NCBI GenBank assembly: GCA_966203835.1
Contig: CBIHKW010000004.1
Span: 705-64,704 of the forward strand
Source of the DNA: an uncultured Thermomonas sp.
GTDB taxonomy: Bacteria > Pseudomonadota > Gammaproteobacteria > Xanthomonadales > Xanthomonadaceae
Reading direction: 5' to 3'
Length of the DNA: 64,000 nucleotides
Shown in pieces: positions 9,717 to 16,844 of this stretch. The translations under genes and the position numbers were made by a program. The notes under the pieces were generated by a model. That model was not told the DNA's origin, ran no database searches, and was given only the letters and a program-made list of their open reading frames with translations. Each line of letters starts with the position of its first letter. Position 1 is the first letter of the stretch.

Positions 9717-10502
9717 TCAAGGTGTTGGATCGCGACGGGATTCTCGTTCCCGCGGTTCGCTTCGACGTTCGGGCGGCGAGGGCCGCGGCGATTCCATCCT
9801 TGGTCGCGGCGATTCCATGCGCGGCCGCGATTGCGGCTCCGACGCCGGCATCGAAACCGGGGCGAGACGCACCTGAGGCACTGCGCCGGGCGCCCCATTG
9901 CCAACGGTCAATCCCGGCTGCGACACCATGATGCGGCGTCGTGGACGGTCGTCCGGAATCAGTACGCCGGGCGGCGTTTGATTGCCCGGGCCACCGGGCG
10001 GCGGTGTCGTACCGGGGCGGCGACGCCGATCGAGGTGACGCCACGGCCCGCCTTCACGGTCGTGATCGACGACCTGCGGACCACCGTTGCCGCCGGGCGG
10101 CGTGACGATCACGCCAGGCGGCAGCGTGCCCGGAGGCGTCACGTACGGCGGGCGCGGATGACGCGGCCGACGGTGAGGATAGGGGTAGTACGAGTAGGGA
10201 TGACCCCAGTACGGATAACCGTAGCGGTAATTGTCGTAGCCGAAGGGGAAGCCGAAGCGCGAGTACGGCGTATGGCCATAACCGAATCCGAAGCCGAAAC
10301 CGCCATACCAGCCGCCGGGATAGCCATATCCTATCGAACTGTACGGCCCGCCATAGACGTCGTGATACTGAACCGACGGCTCGGAATAGTAGTAGTCCCC
10401 GCCGTCATCGTCGCGATAAGCGTATGTACTGACGCAGCCGGTCAGAATCAGCGCGGAGAGTGTCGCAAGCAGACCAAGACGGAACATGCCAAGACGAAAC
10501 AT
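9717..10502 (-). CDS. Gly/Tyr/Pro-rich low-complexity lipoprotein
   Basis: I chose the start at MFRLGMFRLGLLATLSALILTGC (AGGGG SD-like sequence upstream; lipobox LTGC). The mature part has GYGYPGGWYGGFGFGFGYG and PPG-rich tracts. The track ORF extends to 10643. Confidence 0.6.
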   Translation of the reverse strand: MFRLGMFRLGLLATLSALILTGCVSTYAYRDDDGGDYYYSEPSVQYHDVYGGPYSSIGYGYPGGWYGGFGFGFGYGHTPYSRFGFPFGYDNYRYGYPYWGHPYSYYPYPHRRPRHPRPPYVTPPGTLPPGVIVTPPGGNGGPQVVDHDREGGPWRHLDRRRRPGTTPPPGGPGNQTPPGVLIPDDRPRRRIMVSQPGLTVGNGAPGAVPQVRLAPVSMPASEPQSRPRMESPRPRMESPRPSPPERRSEPRERESRRDPTP

Positions 10503-10748
10503 GGAGCACCCCTGTGGGATCGTTGCCGACGGCATCGGCCCGTCGGAGTATCGAGCATCTACCCGTCGCGTTGAACCCGTCCTTAAGAAAATGGTCCGCG
10601 CGTCGATGAATCGCCGCATCGGGCGCCGAACACCCGGGATCACCGTTCATCTTCGCCATGTCCCTGGCGGCGTTCGCGACCGTGTGCGTCACGCGCGCCG
10701 GTACCAACGGCACCCGGATCGACTTCTAGCGCCTGTTACGATGACGCG

Positions 10749-11720
10749 ATGACCGCCGCCGTACCGATGTTGCCCGACTTTGCCGCCGTGCTTTCGGCCG
10801 CGGCCCGGATCGCCCCGCATGCCCAGCGCACCCCGGTGCTGCGCTCGCGTTCGCTCGACGACATCGCCGGGTGCGAACTCCACTTCAAGTGCGAGAACCT
10901 GCAGCGGGTCGGCGCCTTCAAGTTCCGCGGCGCCTGCAATGCGATCTTCGCACTGAGCGACAGCGCCGCCGCCCGCGGCATCGTGACCCAGAGTTCCGGC
11001 AACCACGGCGCCGCGGTGGCCTTGGCCAGCCGTCTGCGCGGGGTGCCTGCGACCGTGGTGGTGCCCGAGGGCGCACCGGCGGTGAAACTGAAGGCGATCG
11101 CCGGCTACGGCGCGACCATCGTCCGCTGCGCGCCGACCATGGCCGCGCGCAACGCCGCGGCGGACGCACTGGTCGCCCAGACCGGCGGGCATCTGGTACA
11201 CCCATTCGACGACAGCGACGTGATCGCCGGGCAAGGCACGGTGGCGCTGGAACTGTTGCGCAGCGAACCCGATCTCGACGCGCTGCTGGCGCCGGTCGGC
11301 GGCGGCGGCCTGCTCTCGGGCTGCGCGCTGACCGCGCGCACGCTGCGGCCGGATCTGCAGATCTGGGGTGCGGAACCCGAAGGCGCGGCCGACGCCCACG
11401 CCTCGCTGCGAGAAGGTCGCTGCATCACCGACATGACCGCCAACACCATCTGCGACGGCCTGCGCGGGCATCTCGCGCCGCGCACGCTGGCGCTGCTGCA
11501 GCGTCACATCGACGGCATCCTCGTCATCGACGACAACGCAGTGATCGAAGCGATGCGGCTGTTGTGGGAACGACTCAAGCTGGTGATCGAACCTTCGGGC
11601 GCGATCGCGTTCGCCGCGGTGCTGCGCAATCGCGAACGCTTCGCCGGGCGCCGCATCGGCATCGTGATTTCCGGCGGCAACGTCGATCTCGACACCCTGC
11701 CCTGGCAGACGCAGGCATGA
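10749..11720 (+). CDS. PLP-dependent serine/threonine dehydratase family enzyme
   Basis: 323 aa with the PLP-lysine motif GAFKFRGA and a glycine loop GGGGLLSG. Confidence 0.85.
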   Translation: MTAAVPMLPDFAAVLSAAARIAPHAQRTPVLRSRSLDDIAGCELHFKCENLQRVGAFKFRGACNAIFALSDSAAARGIVTQSSGNHGAAVALASRLRGVPATVVVPEGAPAVKLKAIAGYGATIVRCAPTMAARNAAADALVAQTGGHLVHPFDDSDVIAGQGTVALELLRSEPDLDALLAPVGGGGLLSGCALTARTLRPDLQIWGAEPEGAADAHASLREGRCITDMTANTICDGLRGHLAPRTLALLQRHIDGILVIDDNAVIEAMRLLWERLKLVIEPSGAIAFAAVLRNRERFAGRRIGIVISGGNVDLDTLPWQTQA

Positions 11721-12376
11721 GCCGCGGCGCGTTGCCACCTCTGATCCAGCGTGCGTCAGGAAAACGCCGCAAGCGCCGCGGCCTGTTCCGCTGGCTGCGG
11801 CGCCTGTTGGTATTGCTGCTGCTCTGGCTGTGCGGCGTTGCGCTGTACATCATGCATGTCGGCGGTCGCGACGACGCCGCCGACGATGAGGTTCGCGCCG
11901 ACACCATCATCGTGCTCGGCGCCGCCGCCTACGACGCGCGGCCGTCGCCGGTGTTCGAGGAACGCATCCGCCACGGCATCGATCTCTACAAACGCGGACT
12001 GGCGCCGACGCTGATCTTCACCGGCGGCTTCGGCGGCAATGGCGCGCGGTTCGCCGAATCGCAGGTCGGGCGTCGCTACGCGCTGCGCCGCGAGGTGCCC
12101 GCCGACGCGATCATGATCGAAACCGTATCGCGCAACACCCGCGAGAACCTCAGCGAGGCGGCGGCGCTGATGCGTCAACGCAAACTCGGCAGCGCGGTCG
12201 TGGTCAGCGACCCATTGCACATGTCGCGCGCGCTGCGGATCTGCGGCGAAGTCGGCATCGCCTGCCTCGGCTCGCCCACGCCGACCAGCCGCTACCGGAG
12301 TTTCGACACGCGCTGGCGCTTCCTGCTCAGCGAGGTGTACTTCTTCCACCGCGATCTGTTCGTGTCGCCGCGCTGA
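11717..12376 (+). CDS. YdcF/DUF218 (ElyC/SanA-like) family protein
   Basis: The ATG overlaps the upstream stop (ATGA). It has an N-terminal TM segment and a DUF218-like core: IIVLGAA, LIFTGG, NTRENL. Confidence 0.8.
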   Translation: MSRGALPPLIQRASGKRRKRRGLFRWLRRLLVLLLLWLCGVALYIMHVGGRDDAADDEVRADTIIVLGAAAYDARPSPVFEERIRHGIDLYKRGLAPTLIFTGGFGGNGARFAESQVGRRYALRREVPADAIMIETVSRNTRENLSEAAALMRQRKLGSAVVVSDPLHMSRALRICGEVGIACLGSPTPTSRYRSFDTRWRFLLSEVYFFHRDLFVSPR

Positions 12377-12399
12377 ACCGCTTCCAGGAGCACCACCCC

Positions 12400-12840
12400 A
12401 TGATCATCGACGGCACCCGCGCCCACGACCGCGCCACCACACTCATCCTTGCCTACTACGCCGCCTTCAATCGCAGCGACTGGGCCGCGATGCTGGCGCT
12501 ACTCACCGACGACGTCACCCACGACCTCAACCAGGGCGCACGCGAAACCGGCCGCAACGCCTTCGCCGCATTCCTCGCGCGCATGGACCACAGCTATCGC
12601 GAACAACTGCGCGACATCGTGGTGATGGCCTCACCCGACGGCGCCCGCGCCGCCGCCGAATATGTCGTGCATGGCGAATATCTCGCTGCGGATGAAGGTC
12701 TGCCGCCTGCGAACGGTCAGAAATACGCGCTGCCCGGCGGCGCGTTCTTCGACATCGTGTTTCCGGACGGCGGCACCGGCAAGATCGCGCGGGTCACGAA
12801 TTACTACAACCTGCAGGACTGGATCACGCAGATCAGCTGA
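12400..12840 (+). CDS. NTF2/SnoaL-like (ketosteroid-isomerase-like) protein
   Basis: 146 aa with an NTF2-fold-type N-terminus, ILAYYAAFNRSDWAAMLALLTDDV. Confidence 0.7.
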   Translation: MIIDGTRAHDRATTLILAYYAAFNRSDWAAMLALLTDDVTHDLNQGARETGRNAFAAFLARMDHSYREQLRDIVVMASPDGARAAAEYVVHGEYLAADEGLPPANGQKYALPGGAFFDIVFPDGGTGKIARVTNYYNLQDWITQIS

Positions 12841-12930
12841 GACGACAGCTCGACGGTTTGCGCACCCGCTGCGATTCCGCATTTCGCCAGACCTCACCCA
12901 TCCGCAATTCCGACATCCGCAACATCGTAG

Positions 12931-12948
12931 GGCGTGCTCAAGCACGCC
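12931..12948. repeat. REP-type palindrome (GTAGGGCGTGCTCAAGCACGCC family)
   Basis: ggcgtgct-ca-agcacgcc preceded by gtag. A second copy in inverse orientation lies at 41025-41046. Confidence 0.7.
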
Positions 12949-12987
12949 GAATGAGCACACGGAAAACGCCTGATCGCGCGGCAACTC

Positions 12988-13074
12988 AGCCCGGATACGG
13001 CCAAAGGCCGTATCCGGATTGCATGAAGTCTGTGTCATTTCATCCCGGGTGCACGCGGCACGCGAACCCGGGCT
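12988..13074. repeat. REP pair (CCCGGG/CCGGAT hairpin family)
   Basis: Perfect 12-bp stem ccggatacggcc-aaa-ggccgtatccgg plus cccgggt-N15-acccggg. Same family as 13847-13923, 14444-14539 and 38017-38049. Confidence 0.7.
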
Positions 13075-13108
13075 ATCTACTGAATTGAACAGACCCGCAA
13101 AGCGGCCA

Positions 13109-13378
13109 CTAGAAAAAGATTGCGACGATTCCCGCAATGAAAACAATAGCGGAATATGCCATCAGCTTTGTCATGAACATCGTCCAACGGAAAACACGCT
13201 TGTGCGTTTCAGGGTTTTCTTTGATCGATGTGGACAGGGCGAGGACGAGCGCCAAGCATCCGCCGATGACCCACGTATTGATCGCCGCAGGTCCGTTACC
13301 CATGTCCGAAGCCGATGCACTGAATGAGCAGAGCAGCAAGCAGACAAAGCAATAGAAAACCCTCATGTGTACGTTCAT
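13109..13378 (-). CDS. small hypothetical membrane/secreted protein
   Basis: 89-aa ORF in the low-GC island with a signal-like N-terminus and two hydrophobic segments. An alternative start is at 13366. Confidence 0.45.
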   Translation of the reverse strand: MNVHMRVFYCFVCLLLCSFSASASDMGNGPAAINTWVIGGCLALVLALSTSIKENPETHKRVFRWTMFMTKLMAYSAIVFIAGIVAIFF

Positions 13379-13456
13379 CGCCTGCTCAATCCAATATTGA
13401 TCCTACACGCTGGAAAACATCACTGAATACGCCGAACGGCCCAGATCGGAGCGTGC

Positions 13457-13807
13457 TCATTCGCGCAAGAATTCCAGCCGCTTGATGAACAGGAATTCTT
13501 CGTCATCGGAAGGCCCGGCAATACGACCATCGTTGGGTTCGTGTTTGACGACGACCCGTACCTTGCGACCGACCATCGATTTCCTGAGATGCGATATCGC
13601 GTCATCGTCTTCAACAAACCAATCCCCGCATTGTTGGTTGCAGTAAGCGGAAATCGACTTGGACGAAGAAATCTGGACAGTGATCTGCATATCGTCGATG
13701 CCTCCGCCGTCCACGATCTTTCCTTCATATGTCTGCGCTTGCACGAGACGAGGCAACGCCATCAATGCGAAAAGCGCCAGGCTTGATGAAATATTTCGAT
13801 GAGTCAA
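13457..13807 (-). CDS. small secreted hypothetical protein
   Basis: 116 aa, TTG start preceded by AAGGA, signal peptide SSSLALFALMALPRLVQAQ. I recognise no family. Confidence 0.5.
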   Translation of the reverse strand: MTHRNISSSLALFALMALPRLVQAQTYEGKIVDGGGIDDMQITVQISSSKSISAYCNQQCGDWFVEDDDAISHLRKSMVGRKVRVVVKHEPNDGRIAGPSDDEEFLFIKRLEFLRE

Positions 13808-13846
13808 TTTGTAATTTCCTTAAAAATAAGACCTGCAACGCATCAG

Positions 13847-13923
13847 TTCCCGGCAAACGCAACGCACGCCCGGGATGAGGCCAATCCCAAGATCCCCGGG
13901 CGCAACCTTCCGCCTTGCTCCGG
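13847..13923. repeat. REP pair (CCCGGG hairpin family), degenerate
   Basis: Collinear with the 14444-14539 element. It directly abuts the stop codon of the NTF2-like ORF. Confidence 0.6.
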
Positions 13924-14310
13924 CTACTTAGCTACAAGCATGGCGCCCATGCGCTCGTGGATAAGCCCAATGGCTTTGAGCGGGCGGATCATGACCTTGA
14001 ACTCGACGACCTTGCCCGATTCGTTCCACTTGATGATGTCGACGCCGTTGACCAATACCCCATCGATCTCCGTCTCGAATTCCAGCATCGCATCGGAAGG
14101 ACCAATGATCTCGCGCACGTAGCGGAAGCTCGGGTTGAAGAACACCTGGAATGCGGCCGCGAGATAAGCCTGCGCTAGGGCTTTGCCGCGTTGGGGTGTA
14201 TGGACGACCGGCGAAAAGAACACGGCATCGTCAGCCAAGAGCTGATCCAGGCCTGAGGGATCGACGGATTCGACGAGTCGGTGCCATGTCTCGATTGGAT
14301 GCGGGTTCAT
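13924..14310 (-). CDS. NTF2/SnoaL-like domain protein
   Basis: 128 aa with the N-terminus WHRLVESVDPSGLDQLLADDAVFFSPVVHTP, typical of SnoaL-like proteins. Confidence 0.75.
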   Translation of the reverse strand: MNPHPIETWHRLVESVDPSGLDQLLADDAVFFSPVVHTPQRGKALAQAYLAAAFQVFFNPSFRYVREIIGPSDAMLEFETEIDGVLVNGVDIIKWNESGKVVEFKVMIRPLKAIGLIHERMGAMLVAK

Positions 14311-14346
14311 TGCGCTGACTCGCCTTCGATGGGGTTCATGACGCCT

Positions 14347-14416
14347 GGCACCTATTCGACCCCATCAAGGGGCGGTACCGAATAGTGATCCGGAATCTTC
14401 AAAAGTGTCAATGAAG
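14347..14416 (-). other. copy B of a ~70-bp island-specific repeat (TTGACA box plus nested hairpin) 5' of the NTF2-like ORF
   Basis: Roughly three-quarters identical, by eye, to the copy at 15791-15865. Reading the - strand: TTGACA, then N18, CACTAT, then ctattcg[...cccc-ttgat-gggg...]cgaatag. Confidence 0.5.
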
Positions 14417-14443
14417 GCTCATCAACGGCAGCAGTGCAGGGTC

Positions 14444-14539
14444 GTAGCCCGGGTAAGCGCAACGCGCGCACCCGGGATGGAGTCAAGTTCAACCTCTCCG
14501 AAGATTCCCGGGTGCGGCCTTCGGCCTTACCCGGGCTAC
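14444..14539. repeat. REP pair (GTAGCCCGGGTAAG...CTTACCCGGGCTAC)
   Basis: Two cccgggt-N15-acccggg hairpins in a ~96-bp imperfect palindrome. Confidence 0.75.
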
Positions 14540-14540
14540 G

Positions 14541-14669
14541 TCACTCAAATATTTCTGCATTTAACTCAAGTAGACCGTCATCTACAGAAAGAATATTCCC
14601 GTGGCGAGTCACAGGCAGGCCGTGTGATTCGAGTGCTTCTTTCAGATGGACGGTAATGATGTTGTTCAA
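14541..14669 (-). CDS. 42-codon ORF in a cassette slot (possible remnant)
   Basis: TTG start 4 nt after the GTTAGCC core of attC1. It translates to LNNIITVHLKEALESHGLPVTRHGNILSVDDGLLELNAEIFE. It is below the track threshold and I recognise no homology. Confidence 0.2.
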   Translation of the reverse strand: MNNIITVHLKEALESHGLPVTRHGNILSVDDGLLELNAEIFE

Positions 14670-14672
14670 AGG

Positions 14673-14732
14673 GGCTAACGCCTGAATTAAGCCGAGCCGC
14701 GAAGCGGCTTTGTCTTGAATGAATTGTTAGAT
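14673..14732 (-). other. integron attC site (60 bp, aadA-like 59-base element)
   Basis: The - strand reads ATCTAAC-AATTCATTCAAG...GCCGCTTCGCGGC...CGGCTTAATTCAGGC-GTTAGCC. It has RYYYAAC/GTTRRRY boxes and L boxes with one extrahelical base. The TAA stop of the upstream GNAT lies inside the R'' box. Confidence 0.8.
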
Positions 14733-15179
14733 GCCACGCGCATTGTCGCGCCGCATCATAAGCACAGGATCTGAATAGTGCTGATTGCACCAGAGATGTT
14801 TCTTTGCCACGTGGTCCGGAACACGCTGATCGGGCGACAAAAGTTGGAACCCCAGCCCTTCATACAGGGCGCGCAGATGGTTAAACGGTAGGCAATACAG
14901 GGTGTCGAGACCGCTTTCATCTATCAGATAGCGCACTAACGCAGATGAGATTCCGCCGCCGCGATGCTCAGGAAAAACATACATGCCCCCGAGCTCGCCT
15001 GCGATCTCTGAGATTCGTGTAACCCGACCTAGGCCAGCCGGAGTGCCAGCCACCTCCGCGACTGCGATGAGATCGGAAGGTGGTGATGGAAGAAAATCTA
15101 CCTCACCGTATCGTTGATTTGCCCAATCAAGCTCGTCGCCTCTCAGCTTTCTGACGCGAAGTGCGAGTGAATTCATCAT
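14727..15179 (-). CDS. GNAT family N-acetyltransferase (cassette ORF)
   Basis: 150 aa with the acetyl-CoA motif region VFPEHRGGGISSALV. The ATG sits 3 nt after the GTTAGAT core of attC2. Confidence 0.85.
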   Translation of the reverse strand: MMNSLALRVRKLRGDELDWANQRYGEVDFLPSPPSDLIAVAEVAGTPAGLGRVTRISEIAGELGGMYVFPEHRGGGISSALVRYLIDESGLDTLYCLPFNHLRALYEGLGFQLLSPDQRVPDHVAKKHLWCNQHYSDPVLMMRRDNARGI

Positions 15180-15182
15180 GGC

Positions 15183-15294
15183 ATCTAACGCCTGAGTTAA
15201 GCCGCCCCGCAGCGGGGCGGCGGACGCGTGCTAGCGTAGCGTATGCATGTGGCCGATGCCACGACATGGGGTCGGCTTGAACGAACTGTTAGGT
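15183..15294 (-). other. integron attC site (112 bp)
   Basis: The - strand reads ACCTAAC-AGTTCGTTCAAGCCG...(variable centre)...CGGCTTAACTCAGGC-GTTAGAT. The L'' box has an extrahelical C. The TAA stop of the upstream GNAT lies inside the R'' box. Confidence 0.75.
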
Positions 15295-15786
15295 GCCAAC
15301 CAGTTGATGCGCCATTTGTAACTCATCAATGTAGCTGCCATTGATTAAGACTGCACCGGGCTCACGAGCGAACTCACGGAACTGCAAGGACGAATACAAG
15401 TGGATGGCCCGAGTATTTGAAGCCAAGACCGTAAGGTAGAGATAGCGGAGGTCGCCCAAGTCATTTGCTAGATAGATGAGGTGCTTCAGCAATTCTCTTC
15501 CCGCACCTTGGCCGGCAGCATCGGGATGGATAAACATACGGGAAATAAGTCCCTTATGGCGCGTCTTGCTGCGTAGATCGCGCTCAAAGCTCACGATGCC
15601 GGTAAGCTTTTGACCGGTAAATGCCCCGAGAGTGAAGCTACCCGGCTTGTAGCGCGTCGGGATGCCCATAGGCAAATCATCGTCCGGAGCAATACGAAAG
15701 AAGGTGGAGTGTTCAGTGATGCCGTAGAGCCATAATGCCCGATATGCTTCGGTGTCATCTGGTTCGAGTTTGCGGATTTCTATCAT
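15289..15786 (-). CDS. GNAT family N-acetyltransferase (cassette ORF)
   Basis: MIEIRKLEPDD..., with the motif IHPDAAGQGAGRELL. I prefer the ATG at 15786 over the track's GTG at 15792, which lies inside the GTTAGGT core. Confidence 0.85.
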   Translation of the reverse strand: MIEIRKLEPDDTEAYRALWLYGITEHSTFFRIAPDDDLPMGIPTRYKPGSFTLGAFTGQKLTGIVSFERDLRSKTRHKGLISRMFIHPDAAGQGAGRELLKHLIYLANDLGDLRYLYLTVLASNTRAIHLYSSLQFREFAREPGAVLINGSYIDELQMAHQLVGT

Positions 15787-15790
15787 TGGC

Positions 15791-15865
15791 ACCTAACGCC
15801 TATTCGACCCCATCCGAGGGGTGGTGCCGGATATTGATCCGAAATCTTTATAGGTGTCAACGAAG
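15791..15865 (-). other. copy A of the ~70-bp repeat, ending in an AGGCGTTAGGT attC/attI-type core
   Basis: The - strand reads TTGACA-N18-CAATAT...cccc-tcggat-gggg...cgaatAGGCGTTAGGTgccaATG. Both attC sites share the same AGGCGTTAG 3' end. No matching CTAAC box lies between it and bioC. Confidence 0.5.
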
Positions 15866-15905
15866 ACTCGTCAAGCCAATGACGATAACCGCAGTCTGCC
15901 TCGTT

Positions 15906-16844
15906 CTACTCGACCCGACGCCGCACCGGAATCCCACTCGCCGGAAACCTCGCCACATCTTCTCCGCTTTCGCGAATCGGCACGCCGTGTTCGGGCGCCC
16001 ATGCCAGCGCCGAGATGATTTCCCAGGTCGCAGGCAGATGATCGTTGTCGCGAAACGTTTCGTAGGCATTCGCGGCCGCGGCGAAGCGCGCCTTGCCGGT
16101 GAGCGTGTGCCGGCGCGCGTGCAGGGCGTTGGTGGCGCCGATGGCGCGCAGTTCGCGCATCAGCGCGGGCAGGTCGTCGTAGCGGGTGGTGAGTTCGTCG
16201 CGGTCGAGCACCGGGTTGCGGAAGCCGCTGGCGATCAGCGCATCGCCGAACTGCGCGATGGAGGCGAACGGGCTGACGTGCGGCACGGCGTCGGCCTCGG
16301 CGAACGCGCCGCGCAGTTCGTACAGCGTGTCGGGGCCGAAGGTTGAGACCACCAGCATGCCGCCGGGTTTGAGCACGCGGCGGAATCCTGCGAACACCGC
16401 GGGCAGATCCTCGATCCACTGCAGGCAGAGATTCGAGAACAGCAGATCGACGCTGTGATCGGCCAGCGGCAGCGCGCGCGCGTCGGCGCAGATGCGTGCG
16501 GGTGCGCGAGCGAGCAGGCGCGAGAGCGCGCCGGGCAGCGCACGCGCGAAGGCCGAGGTTTCGGCGTCGTGCTGGCGCAGCATCGGCAATGCGAGATCGA
16601 TCGCGAGCACCTGCGCTTTCGGCCAACGCTGCTGCAGCGCGCGCGAGGCATGGCCCGGGCCGCAGCCGAGATCGACGACGAGCGACGGCGTCTGCGCATC
16701 GCCGTCGCGGCCTTCCGCGTAGTAATCGAGCGATTCTAGCAGCCACGATTCGACTTCACGCTGCAACTTCGCGGCATCGGCATAGCTGGCGGACGCGCGC
16801 GAGAACGCACGACGCACCTGGCGCGGGTCGAACAGGGCGGTCAT
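15906..16844 (-). CDS. bioC: malonyl-ACP O-methyltransferase BioC
   Basis: 312 aa with the SAM motif VVDLGCGPG, in bio-operon context. Its start overlaps the bioH stop (ATGA). Confidence 0.9.
   Translation of the reverse strand: MTALFDPRQVRRAFSRASASYADAAKLQREVESWLLESLDYYAEGRDGDAQTPSLVVDLGCGPGHASRALQQRWPKAQVLAIDLALPMLRQHDAETSAFARALPGALSRLLARAPARICADARALPLADHSVDLLFSNLCLQWIEDLPAVFAGFRRVLKPGGMLVVSTFGPDTLYELRGAFAEADAVPHVSPFASIAQFGDALIASGFRNPVLDRDELTTRYDDLPALMRELRAIGATNALHARRHTLTGKARFAAAANAYETFRDNDHLPATWEIISALAWAPEHGVPIRESGEDVARFPASGIPVRRRVE

Noticed and set aside
9089-9931. 280-aa + strand ORF spanning the mnmG-lipoprotein intergenic region.
   Set aside because: It reads straight through a perfect intrinsic terminator and into the antisense of the lipoprotein gene. 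It has low-complexity composition and no SD sequence.
12988-14539. The CCCGGG-hairpin palindromes (12988-13074, 13847-13923, 14444-14539) as additional attC sites.
   Set aside because: They lack RYYYAAC/GTTRRRY boundaries. The same family also occurs in a core intergenic region (38017-38049), so they are genome-wide REPs and not cassette recombination sites.
12841-15900. A CRISPR array, suggested by the many palindromic repeats.
   Set aside because: The repeats belong to different families, are irregularly spaced, are separated by ORFs and are internally palindromic like REP/attC elements. No cas genes are present.
15798-16844. An integron integrase (intI) or its remnant upstream of the cassette array.
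   Set aside because: Only about 110 bp separate the first GTTAGGT core from the bioC stop. No tyrosine-recombinase-like ORF occurs in any frame nearby or anywhere in the window.
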